Origin: Candidatus Rokuibacteriota bacterium
GTDB lineage: Bacteria; Methylomirabilota; Methylomirabilia; Rokubacteriales; CSP1-6
Assembly (NCBI GenBank): GCA_003221655.1
Contig: QHSV01000235.1
Span: 1-42,007 of the forward strand
DNA: 42,007 nucleotides
Direction of reading: 5' to 3'
This document shows positions 9,214 through 20,958 of this stretch, one piece after another (position 1 is the stretch's first letter; every line of letters starts with the position of its first letter). Position numbers and translations under genes: made by a program. The notes below the pieces were generated by a model, which saw nothing but the letters and a program-made list of their open reading frames with translations, was not told the DNA's origin and searched no databases.

Positions 9214-10220
9214 GGAAGGTTGTTCGAGTACGCCGCCTCGCAGCGGCCGTCCCGGATCATGCGCTCGATCTCGAGGGCCATGGCAAGCGATCGCAAATCC
9301 TCGGTCTCGGCCAGGACGACTGTCTCGCCAGCACGCGCGCGTCGAACGGTCCGGACCAGATGGAGGATCTCGAGCTTGAGCGGGTTGTCTTTGTGCACCT
9401 GCACGTGCTCGACGAAGGAGGCTCGCCGGTAGCGGATCGACTCCCGGTTGAGCGTGTACTCCTGCGCCGCCCGGCGATGGATCCGAATGTCCTGCTCCGC
9501 GTAGTCCAGGACGACGTAGGCGTCCGGCTGCGTGATGGCGAGGGTCCGGATCTTCTCCTCGGTGGCCCGGCTGGCGGTGATGAGCGCGATCGTCCCGGAC
9601 TCGAAACCGATCTGGACGTTGGCGATGTCGGTCACGGCGGAGAGCACTGAGGATCCCATCGCGGTGAGCCGCCGGGGCGGCGAGTCCACGAGCCCGAGGA
9701 CGATGTCGAGGTCGTGGATCATGAGATCCATCACGACGCTGTCCTTCTGGACGCGGGGCGTGAAGGGGCCGAGGCGCCGCGACTCGATGAGGATCGGGCG
9801 ATCCACGATCTTCTTCAGCTCCTGGACCGCACCGTTGAAGCGCTCGACGTGGCCGACATGCAGCACGGCACCGCTGCGGCGGGCGATGGCGAAGAGCTCG
9901 CGCGCCTCCTCGAGCGTGGGAGTGATCGGCTTCTCGACGAGGACGCCCACGCCCGCCTCCAAGAGCTCCGCGGCGACCTGGAAGTGTTGCTCAGTCGGCA
10001 CGGCAACGCTGGCGAGGTCGACCACGCCGATCAGATCGCGATGGTCGACGAGCGGGCGGGTGTCGTAGTACGCCGCCACGTGGGCGGCCCGCTCCCGGTC
10101 GGAATCGACGACGGCCGCCAGCTCGATGTCCCACAACTCGGCGTAGGCGAGCAGGTGGTACTGGCCCATGTGTCCTGCGCCCACGACACCCGCGCGCAGC
10201 CTCCGGTCGTCCGAGCCCAT
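9192..10220 (-). CDS. Gfo/Idh/MocA family NAD(P)-dependent oxidoreductase
   Basis: 342-aa ORF with a Rossmann motif GVVGAGHMGQYH and the EKP motif (VLVEKPITPT). Its ATG at 10220 abuts the lpxA stop (TAA at 10221). It overlaps the lpxI start by 22 nt. Confidence 0.8.
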   Translation of the reverse strand: MGSDDRRLRAGVVGAGHMGQYHLLAYAELWDIELAAVVDSDRERAAHVAAYYDTRPLVDHRDLIGVVDLASVAVPTEQHFQVAAELLEAGVGVLVEKPITPTLEEARELFAIARRSGAVLHVGHVERFNGAVQELKKIVDRPILIESRRLGPFTPRVQKDSVVMDLMIHDLDIVLGLVDSPPRRLTAMGSSVLSAVTDIANVQIGFESGTIALITASRATEEKIRTLAITQPDAYVVLDYAEQDIRIHRRAAQEYTLNRESIRYRRASFVEHVQVHKDNPLKLEILHLVRTVRRARAGETVVLAETEDLRSLAMALEIERMIRDGRCEAAYSNNLPWSDHSA

Positions 10221-11078
10221 TTACACCGGCTCGCTTTCCGGGCGCGGGACCAGGCGCTCCCCGGCCCCGAGCGCCGAGCCCCCTCGCTGCGCGGCGCCGC
10301 AGATCCCGCGCCGAGCGCCGGTGATGAAGTCGAGCAGGCCGATCACCGGTGCTGCTGCCGGCAGCTCCCGGCGGATCCGCTCGACGGCCCGCCGCGGCGA
10401 GAGCCCGCTCCGGTACAGCAGTCGATACGCGTCCTGCAAGAGCCGGCGATCAGCGGCAGCGATGCCGGCACGCCTCAACCCGACGATGTTGATCCCGTGG
10501 GCGGTGACCGGGTTTCCCTCCACCAGAACATAGGGAGGCACGTCGGCGTTGACCCTCGAGAGGCCTCCAACGTACGCGTACGCGCCGATGCGTGTGAACG
10601 GTACTATGCCGACGAAGGCCCCGATCGTGGCCCGCTCGCCGATCTGACAGTGTCCGCTGATTGCGGCGCCGTTGATGATGATGGCGCCGTCGCCGACGCG
10701 ACAATCGTGGGCCACGTGGCTCGTGACCATGAGCAGGCATCCCTTGCCGATCTCGGTCCATCCTCCGGCGCTGGTCGCGCGGTGGATCGTCACGTACTCT
10801 CGGATCACGGTGTCGGCGCCGATCCGGACGCCGGACGGGGTGTCGTCACAATACTTGAGGTCCTGGGGCCGTCCGCCCAGCAACGACCCGTGGCCCACCT
10901 TCGCGCGCTCGCCGATCTCGACGCGACCCTCGAACACGCAGTGGTGTCCGATCTCGGCATCGGCGCCGATGGTCACCTCGGAGCCGACGACGGAAAACGC
11001 GCCGATCCGGACGCCCGCGCCGAGCGTCGCCTTCGGATCTACCACGGCCGTCGGATGCACGCCCTCAGGCATCGCCAA
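10221..11078 (-). CDS. lpxA: acyl-ACP--UDP-N-acetylglucosamine O-acyltransferase
   Basis: Hexapeptide-repeat left-handed beta-helix protein with IHPTAVVDP-type start, VTSHVAHDCRVGDG (catalytic His region) and a helical C-terminal domain. GGGAGG lies 5 nt upstream of the TTG at 11078. An alternative ATG is at 11072. Confidence 0.88.
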   Translation of the reverse strand: MAMPEGVHPTAVVDPKATLGAGVRIGAFSVVGSEVTIGADAEIGHHCVFEGRVEIGERAKVGHGSLLGGRPQDLKYCDDTPSGVRIGADTVIREYVTIHRATSAGGWTEIGKGCLLMVTSHVAHDCRVGDGAIIINGAAISGHCQIGERATIGAFVGIVPFTRIGAYAYVGGLSRVNADVPPYVLVEGNPVTAHGINIVGLRRAGIAAADRRLLQDAYRLLYRSGLSPRRAVERIRRELPAAAPVIGLLDFITGARRGICGAAQRGGSALGAGERLVPRPESEPV

Positions 11079-11138
11079 GGCGACCTCCCGGCCCGCGCCG
11101 CGCTCGGTGAGCTCGAACGGCCCCCGCTGGCGTGTCCA

Positions 11139-11717
11139 TCAGGGCGACTTCTTCGGCGCCTGCTGGTCGTACGCACGAATGATCTCGTCGGTCAGATCGG
11201 CGTCCGGCGACGCATAGAGGACCGAGGCGCCTCGCTTCTCCACGACGAGGTAGTACCCGCGCTCCTTGCCGACCCGCTCGATGACTCCCGACAGCTCCTG
11301 CAGGACCCGCTGGAGCAGCGTCTGCTCCTTCTTCTCGAGCTCCTTCTGGAAATCGTCCATCTGCCGCGCGGCGTCACGGCGCTTGCGCTCGAACTGCTCC
11401 TGCCGCTCGCGCCGAGCGTCGGGTGTCATCAGCGCCCCCTTCTTCTCGAGCTCGTCGCGCAGCTTCTCGAGTTCCTGGCGCTTACCTTCCATCTCGCGCT
11501 GCATCACTGCCTTCTCGCGCTCGAGCTGCTCGCGGGCCGCCACGCCCGCCGAGGACCGGGCCAGTACCCGCTGCACGTCGATATACGCGATCCGGATCGC
11601 CGACCCGGAGGCGGGCGCCGGAGACGCAGTCGGCCCCGGCGCCTGGGCGACGACCGGGGACACGGCCACACCGAGGAGCACGGTCACCACGATGATTGCG
11701 CCACTCCATTCCTTCAT
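11139..11717 (-). CDS. skp: OmpH/Skp family periplasmic chaperone
   Basis: 192-aa ORF with a signal peptide (MKEWSGAIIVVTVLLGVAVSPVVAQA) and a Lys/Glu/Arg-rich coiled-coil core. It lies directly downstream of bamA. Confidence 0.85.
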   Translation of the reverse strand: MKEWSGAIIVVTVLLGVAVSPVVAQAPGPTASPAPASGSAIRIAYIDVQRVLARSSAGVAAREQLEREKAVMQREMEGKRQELEKLRDELEKKGALMTPDARRERQEQFERKRRDAARQMDDFQKELEKKEQTLLQRVLQELSGVIERVGKERGYYLVVEKRGASVLYASPDADLTDEIIRAYDQQAPKKSP

Positions 11718-11726
11718 CCAACCCTC

Positions 11727-13988
11727 CTAGAACGGCGAGCCAACAGAGAAGTGAAACGCCCCCATCGCCTCACCCGCTCGCCGGTCAAGATTGAAACCGT
11801 AGTCCACGCGGATCGGGCCGAACGGCGACTGCCATCGTATACCTCCGCCCGCCGCCTTGCGAAGGTCCGTGGGATCGAATGAGGTGCTGAATCCGTAGAC
11901 GTTGCCGATGTCGAAGAAGCCCGCCAGCCGGAAGGCAAAAGGCAAGGGGATTATGTACTCGACGTTGCCGAGTATTTCGCTCGTTCCGCCGGTCTTGAAT
12001 CCGGTCTCGTCCACGGGCGAGAGGCCGTGGAATTTGAAGCTGCGGATCGAGTTCGGACCGCCGAGGAAGAAGCGCTCGAAGAGCGGCAGCGGTTCGTCCG
12101 CCCAGCCGAATCCGTACCCTCCCTCCGCCCGCACCGCAATGATGTGGCCGAGCCAGATCGGCTTGAAGTAGGTCTGAAGCGCCGTCATCTTGACGAACTT
12201 CGAGTCGCCGCCAAGCCCGGCGAAGTCCAGACTGAGCACCGTCTGCAAGCCCTTCGTCGGTGCGGCGATCACGTCGCGGCTGTCGCGGGTCAGTGACCCT
12301 CCGACCGCGGAGGTCAGCGTGATGCCCTGCTGGTCCTTCAACGCGGGCGACGCGAAGTCATCGATGTTTCTGATGTCGTCGCGCGACACCCGGTATCCGA
12401 GGTGCCAACGCCAGTACTCCGCGAAGGGGTGACTCAGGCGCAGATTCACGCCGGTGGTGTCGTACGTGTAATCGGTGTAATCCCGGATGCTCTTGAAGAT
12501 GTCGAACCCCGCCGAGAGCGGGCGGTCGAAGAGCCAGGGTTCGGTGAAGCTGATGGTACCCTGCTGCGTCTTGGCGCCGGCGCGGATTCGGATCGCGGCC
12601 TCCCAGCCCCGGCCGAGGAAGTTGCGCTGGGCGAGATCGATCGTGCCGACCAGCGAGTCGACCGATGAATAGCCGCCGCCGATGCTGAAGAGCCCCGTGG
12701 CTCGCTCGACCACGTCGACGTTCACGACGATCTTGGTCTTGTCCGCGCCGGGCTGCGTCGTGACCGCCACGCTCTCGAAGAAACCCAGGTTGACGAGCTT
12801 CTGCCGGGCCCGCTCCCTTTTCTGCAGCGTGTAGAGGTCCCCTTCGCGCAGCGGGAGCTCGCGGCGCAGGATCTTGTCCTCGCTCCGCACGTTGCCGCTG
12901 ATATTGATCCGCTCGACGTACACTTCCGGCCCTTCCGAAACTTCGAAGGTCAGGTTGATCTGGTTGGTCGCAGTCAGCTGATCGCGCTTCGGATTCACGT
13001 CGGCCGAGGCGCGGCCGATCGTGCTGTAGAGATTCAGAATCCCCTGGACACTGTCGCGGACCTTCCCCACCGAAAAGACGTCGCCGGTCTTCAATTTGAT
13101 CTGCCGGTAGATCTCGCGCTCCGGTAGGAGCGTCACGCCCGTGATCTGCACCGTCCCGACCGTGAACTGGGGGCCCTCCACGACGACGACCGTGATCGTC
13201 ACGCGCGCCCGCTCGCGATCGATGGCGATGTCGGTCGATTCCACCCGAGCCTGGATGTAGCCGTTGTCGTTGTACGCAGCGATGATACGGTCGACGTCCG
13301 TGTCGAGGCGCTGGCGTTGCACCTTGCCGCGCAGGATGAAGTACTGCCGTTCCTTCGTCTCCATCGCGTCTTTGAGCTGGTCGTCCGTCAGTCCCTTGTT
13401 CCCGCGGAACACGATCGTGTCGATGGTCATCTGGCGCCCCTCGACGATGCTGAAGACCAGGCGCACATCACCGTCGCTGAACTTCTCGACGTTCGGGGTG
13501 ATCTGAACCTCGAAGTACCCCTCGTCCTCGTAGTAGTCGCGGAGCTTCTCCACGGCGCGCTGTACGTCGACGGGGTTGTAGACGCTACCCAGTTTGATGT
13601 CGATCTTCTCCTGCAGCGTCTCCCGGTCGGCCTTCTTGTGACCGACGAAGTCGACGTCGCGCACGAACGGACGCTCGGTCACCACGAACACGACCTTCAC
13701 CCCGCCCTCGAAGTCTTCGACTCGTAGTTGGACGTCGTCGAAGAACCCGAGGCCGAAGATGGCGCGGATGTCCTCGGAGAGGAGGGAAGGGTTGAACGTC
13801 GAGCCGACGGTGCTCTTGACGCGGCCGAGAATCACGGCGTCGTGGACTCGCCGGCTGCCCTCGACTTGGATGTCCTTGACGACGATGGGGGGGGCCTGAG
13901 CCGGCTGCGCCCGCGCCATCGCGGCGGGGAGCAGGCTCGCCGCGAAGACGACGACAATGGTGAGACGCACTGGTCCCGCTATTGTCAC
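11727..13988 (-). CDS. bamA: outer membrane protein assembly factor BamA
   Basis: This is the C-terminal ~753 codons of ORF 11727..15098. A GTG at 13988 is preceded by GAGAGG (an alternative GTG is at 13970). It has a signal peptide ...LLPAAMARAQ, POTRA repeats (IVVKDIQVEGSRRV..., IDTIVFRGNKGL...), a C-terminal beta-barrel and a terminal F. Confidence 0.85.
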   Translation of the reverse strand: MTIAGPVRLTIVVVFAASLLPAAMARAQPAQAPPIVVKDIQVEGSRRVHDAVILGRVKSTVGSTFNPSLLSEDIRAIFGLGFFDDVQLRVEDFEGGVKVVFVVTERPFVRDVDFVGHKKADRETLQEKIDIKLGSVYNPVDVQRAVEKLRDYYEDEGYFEVQITPNVEKFSDGDVRLVFSIVEGRQMTIDTIVFRGNKGLTDDQLKDAMETKERQYFILRGKVQRQRLDTDVDRIIAAYNDNGYIQARVESTDIAIDRERARVTITVVVVEGPQFTVGTVQITGVTLLPEREIYRQIKLKTGDVFSVGKVRDSVQGILNLYSTIGRASADVNPKRDQLTATNQINLTFEVSEGPEVYVERINISGNVRSEDKILRRELPLREGDLYTLQKRERARQKLVNLGFFESVAVTTQPGADKTKIVVNVDVVERATGLFSIGGGYSSVDSLVGTIDLAQRNFLGRGWEAAIRIRAGAKTQQGTISFTEPWLFDRPLSAGFDIFKSIRDYTDYTYDTTGVNLRLSHPFAEYWRWHLGYRVSRDDIRNIDDFASPALKDQQGITLTSAVGGSLTRDSRDVIAAPTKGLQTVLSLDFAGLGGDSKFVKMTALQTYFKPIWLGHIIAVRAEGGYGFGWADEPLPLFERFFLGGPNSIRSFKFHGLSPVDETGFKTGGTSEILGNVEYIIPLPFAFRLAGFFDIGNVYGFSTSFDPTDLRKAAGGGIRWQSPFGPIRVDYGFNLDRRAGEAMGAFHFSVGSPF

Positions 13989-14017
13989 CGGCCTCTCAGG
14001 CGTGTGGGGACGGCGTG

Positions 14018-16465
<2,448 letters not shown>

Positions 16466-16611
16466 TGGCGTTTCCCACCCCTTCCGCAGGTCGCGGGATG
16501 CGGATTTTTCTTTCGGCGACGCCTAGTTACCGGACTGCGAGCTCAGTATAGCCCACCGTCTCCACGGCCGCCAGCCTTTTTTCTCCCGGGCCGACTAACT
16601 CCGCGAAACCC
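16466..16611 (-). promoter_or_regulatory. clpC upstream region: candidate -10 TATACT (16545..16550) and 5' leader hairpin (16483..16504) abutting the SD
   Basis: This is the largest intergenic gap in the window (146 nt). The minus strand reads ...GGTGGGCTATACTGAGC... Further down is UCCGCA-N10-UGCGGA, immediately 5' of GGAAGGGGUGGG and the GTG start. The -35 is weak (TGGCGG). Confidence 0.3.
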
Positions 16612-17320
<709 letters not shown>

Positions 17321-17340
<20 letters not shown>

Positions 17341-18562
17341 CGACGGGGACCAACGACCCCGCGCGCCTGGCCGGGATGATGGTGGCCAGGAACGACAGCA
17401 GAAGCGTGGCGCCGATGATCATGAGTCCGTCGCTCACCGTGAGCTTCATGGGAAGGTGGTCGATCTGGTACACGTCGCCGGCCAGTCTGATCACCTTGTA
17501 GGTGTTCTGTGCCCAGATCACGCTGAGGCCGACGGCGGCGCCGGCCGCCGTGCCAGCAACGCCGATCGTCATGCCGACCGCGAAGAACACCATTGTGATC
17601 GACCGCGCCGAAGCGCCGACGGCCTTGAGGATGCCGATCTCCTTGCGCTTCTCGGCGACGAGCAACACGAGGTGACCGATGATCGCGAACGCCGCGACCA
17701 GCACGATGATTGTCACCACGACGAAGAGGGCGAGCTTTTCGAGCTGGAGCGCGGCAAAGAGACTCCGATTCATCTCCATCCAGTCGCGCACCCAGTAGCG
17801 AAAGCCCAGCTCGGCGGCCACCACCTGGCCGACGCGCTTGGCGTCGAACGGATCCGCGAGCTTGACCTCGATCCCGGTGACTCCGGCGATCCCCGCGAAC
17901 TCCTTGGCCACGGGCAGGCTCAGGTAGGCGATCGAGGAATCGTATTCGTGCATGCCGATCTCGATCGTGCCAGCCACCGTGTAGCGCCGCATCTTGGGGA
18001 CCATGCCGACAGCCGTCACGGCGCCCTCCGGAGAGATCACCGTCACGGGGTCGCCGGGGAACACGCCGAGATTCCGCGCCAGCTCGCGGCCCAGCAGGAT
18101 CGCGGGCGCGCCGTCGGCGAGCGGCTCGAGCGCCCCCTGACGGAGCTGCGACCGAACGTCCTCCCGGACCGCCGGAGTCGTCAGGTCCACGCCCCGGATC
18201 AGACCGCCGCGCGCCCCACCGCCGGACGTGGTGAAGAGCGCCTGCTGATGCACGAAGGGAGTGGCCGAGTGCACGCCCCGAATCGTCTTCACGCGGCCGG
18301 CGATGCGGTCCGCTTCGTCGAGCCCTTGCGCCCCGCTCTGGAAGATCAGCAGATGCGGGCTTCCGGCAATGATCCGATCGCGGATCCCATCCTGAAAGCC
18401 AGTCATCACCGCGAGCACCACGATGAGCGCGGCGACCCCGAGGAACACCCCACCAAGGCCGATCCAGACGAAAAGCGACAGGTTCGTCCGCTGCCCGCGC
18501 GATCTGAGATACCGGAAGCCCAGCAGAAGCTCGAATGGCAGCCCCCGTTTCATGAGCCCCAT
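17321..18562 (-). CDS. lipoprotein-releasing system transmembrane permease, LolC/LolE family
   Basis: 413-aa ORF. The N-terminus LPFELLLGFRYLRSRGQRTNLSLF is typical of LolC/E (MacB-FtsX fold). It has a periplasmic domain and a C-terminal FtsX-like TM bundle. Its start makes a TGATG overlap with the lysS stop. Confidence 0.82.
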
Positions 18563-20067
18563 CAGCTTTCCTCGCCAGCGCCGGCCGCGCGCCCGCCTTC
18601 CGGTCGCAGGAGCGGGAACAGGATCACCTCGCGGATCGACGGCTGGTTCGCGAACATCATGAGCAGCCGGTCGATGCCGATGCCCTCGCCCGAGGCGGGC
18701 GGCATGCCGTACTCGAGCGCCCGGACGTAGTCCTCGTCGAGCCAGTGGGCCTCGTCGTCCCCCCGCGCCTGCAGGCCCGCCTGCTCGCGGAAGCGCGCGA
18801 GCTGGTCGACCGGGTCGTTCAGCTCGCTGTAGGCGTTCGCCATCTCGTGCTGCGCGACGAACAACTCGAACCGATCGACGAGCAGTGGGTTGTCCCGCTT
18901 GCGCTTGGCGAGCGGGGAGAGCTCGGTCGGGAAGTCGACCACGAACGTCGGCTGGACCAATGTCGGCTCAACCAGGGTCTCGAACGCCTCCTTCCAGAGT
19001 TTCGGCGCGGGTCCCTCGTCGTGAACGATGCCGCGCGCGGCCGCCGCCCGTGCCACAGCTGCGACGTCCGTCTCGGGCGTCACGCAGAGCCCGAGGGTCT
19101 CGGACAGGCCGTCGAAGAACGCTAGCCGCCGCCAGGGCGGCTTGAGGTCGAGCGGGTGCTCGCCCCACATGAGGGCCAGGGAGCCCCGCAGCGAGTGGGC
19201 GAGGTCGACGAAGAGCGCTTCCGTCAGCTCCATCAGATCCGTGTAGTCGGCGTACGCCTGATAGAACTCGAGCATCGTGAACTCAGGGTTGTGCAGCGTC
19301 GAGGTCCCCTCGTTCCGGAAGTTCCGGTTGATCTCGTAGACGCGCTCGAAGCCACCGACGAGGAGCCGTTTCAGGTAGAGCTCGGGGGCGATGCGCAGAT
19401 AGAGATCCATGCCGAGCGCGTTGTGGTGGGTCTTGAACGGCCGCGCGATCGCGCCGCCGGGAATCGGCTGCATCATGGGTGTCTCGACCTCGAGGAAGCC
19501 CCGCGCGTCGAGGAACGCCCGCATGGCCCGGATCAGTCGCGCGCGCATCAGGAAAATCTCGCGCGCCTCGGTGTTGACGATCAGGTCCACGTACCGTTGC
19601 CGGTAACGCGTCTCGACGTCCTTCAGGCCGTGCCACTTCTCTGGGAGAGGCCGCAGCGACTTGGCCAGGAAGCTGACGGTCTTCACGGCGACCGTCAACT
19701 CCCCTGTCCGCGTCCGGAACATCTCGCCCGTCACGCCGATGAAGTCGCCCGCGTCGAGCTCGACAAAGCGCGCGTACTCGTCGCCGAGCCCGTCGGCACG
19801 CGCGTAGAGCTGGATCCGTGCTGTCTGGTCCATGAGATGCGCGAAGCACGTCTTGCCGTGATGGCGCATCGCCACGACGCGACCCGCGAGGCTCACGGGA
19901 CCGAAGCCTTTCAGCTCCTCCTCGCTCGCGCCGCCGAGCCGCTCGGCGAGGCCGCGAGCCCAGTGCGTCACGGGATACCGGCCACCGAACGGATCGATCC
20001 CGCTCCGGCGCAGGGCCTCAAGCTTTTCACGCCGTTGCCGGATCAGCTCGTTGTCGTCGTGATTCAC
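18562..20067 (-). CDS. lysS: lysine--tRNA ligase (class II)
   Basis: 501-aa ORF with an OB anticodon-binding domain and class II motifs (...FLEVETPMMQ..., ...YEINRNFRNEG..., ...GIGIDRLLM...). Its GTG start makes a GTGA overlap with the prfB stop. Confidence 0.92.
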   Translation of the reverse strand: MNHDDNELIRQRREKLEALRRSGIDPFGGRYPVTHWARGLAERLGGASEEELKGFGPVSLAGRVVAMRHHGKTCFAHLMDQTARIQLYARADGLGDEYARFVELDAGDFIGVTGEMFRTRTGELTVAVKTVSFLAKSLRPLPEKWHGLKDVETRYRQRYVDLIVNTEAREIFLMRARLIRAMRAFLDARGFLEVETPMMQPIPGGAIARPFKTHHNALGMDLYLRIAPELYLKRLLVGGFERVYEINRNFRNEGTSTLHNPEFTMLEFYQAYADYTDLMELTEALFVDLAHSLRGSLALMWGEHPLDLKPPWRRLAFFDGLSETLGLCVTPETDVAAVARAAAARGIVHDEGPAPKLWKEAFETLVEPTLVQPTFVVDFPTELSPLAKRKRDNPLLVDRFELFVAQHEMANAYSELNDPVDQLARFREQAGLQARGDDEAHWLDEDYVRALEYGMPPASGEGIGIDRLLMMFANQPSIREVILFPLLRPEGGRAAGAGEES

Positions 20068-20958
20068 GCTTCCCGGCCCCGCGCCCAGAGCAGGTATGCC
20101 TTGATCAGAGCGTCCAGGTCGCCGTCCATGACGGCGTCGACGTTACCGACCTCGAGCCCGGTCCGATGATCCTTGATCAGTTGGTAGGGATGGAACGTGT
20201 ACGAGCGGATCTGGCTGCCAAAGGCAATCTCCTTCTTCTGACCCGTCAGCTCGGCCAGCTCTTCGCGCTGCTCCTCGACATCGTCGACCTCGGGGACCAC
20301 CGCCACCGAGGCAAAGCTCGTCTGTCGACGGCGCGAAGCGTCGAACGGAGAGATCCGCACCAGACGGTGCACGCCCGTCTCGCCGCGGAGGTAGCCGAAC
20401 GCGTACTCGCCGGATACCTCGACCGTCGCGGACTTGATGCCGGCCTCGTCACCCGGGAGCAGATCAACGACCTCCGCCTTCAAGCCCGCGCGCTCACACC
20501 ATCTGAGATACATCCGGAGCAGCATCTGCGCCCAATCCTGCGACTCGGTACCCCCCGCTCCAGGATGGATCGACACGATCGCGGCCTTCGTGTCGTGGGA
20601 CCCCGAGAGCATGATCTTCATCTCGAACTCGTCGAGGTCCTTCCGGAGGCCCGCCACGCCGTCGGCGATCTCGGCGTCGAGGCTCCCGTCGGTCGCCTCT
20701 TCGGCCAGCTCGAGGAGCACCGTGAGATCCTCGGCCTTGGCGGCGAGCTCCTTCACCCGTGTGACGAGCCGCGATAGCTCGGTCCGCTCGCGGATGACCT
20801 CCTGCGCGCGACGGTTGTCCTCCCAGAAGGACGGTTGCGCCATCTCGGTGTCGAGCGCGGTGAGCCGCTGCTCTTTGACGGGGACGTCAAAGATGCCCCC
20901 GGAGCTCGGTCAGGCGACCCGTGAGCTCGGCCACATCACGCTTGGAATCACCCAGCAT
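20064..20958 (-). CDS. prfB: peptide chain release factor 2 with programmed +1 frameshift; GGQ-bearing segment absent
   Basis: Frame 0 runs 20958..20890 (MLGDSKRDVAELTGRLTELRGHL), followed by TGA. Frame +1 runs 20888..20064 (DVPVKEQRLTALDTEMAQPSFWED...). AGGTESQDWA and SPF (RISPFD) motifs are present. No GGQ motif occurs anywhere in the product. Total length is about 297 aa. Confidence 0.85.
20886..20901 (-). promoter_or_regulatory. RF2 autoregulatory +1 frameshift site
   Basis: The minus strand reads CGG GGG CAT CTT TGA C. That is an internal SD-like GGGGG, a 3-nt spacer and the slippery CTT followed by in-frame TGA C, the canonical prfB recoding cassette. Confidence 0.88.

Noticed and set aside
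9714-11882. 722-aa plus-strand ORF spanning the oxidoreductase, lpxA, skp and the end of bamA
   Set aside because: It is antisense to four well-supported minus-strand genes. Its composition is Arg/Ala/Gly/Pro/Leu-rich with no recognisable domain. Long stop-free antisense frames are expected at this GC content.
16483-16515. Hairpin followed by TTTTTCTTT on the plus strand, resembling an intrinsic terminator
   Set aside because: No plus-strand gene exists upstream to terminate. On the coding (minus) strand the A-tract precedes the hairpin, so it is better read as part of the clpC 5' leader.
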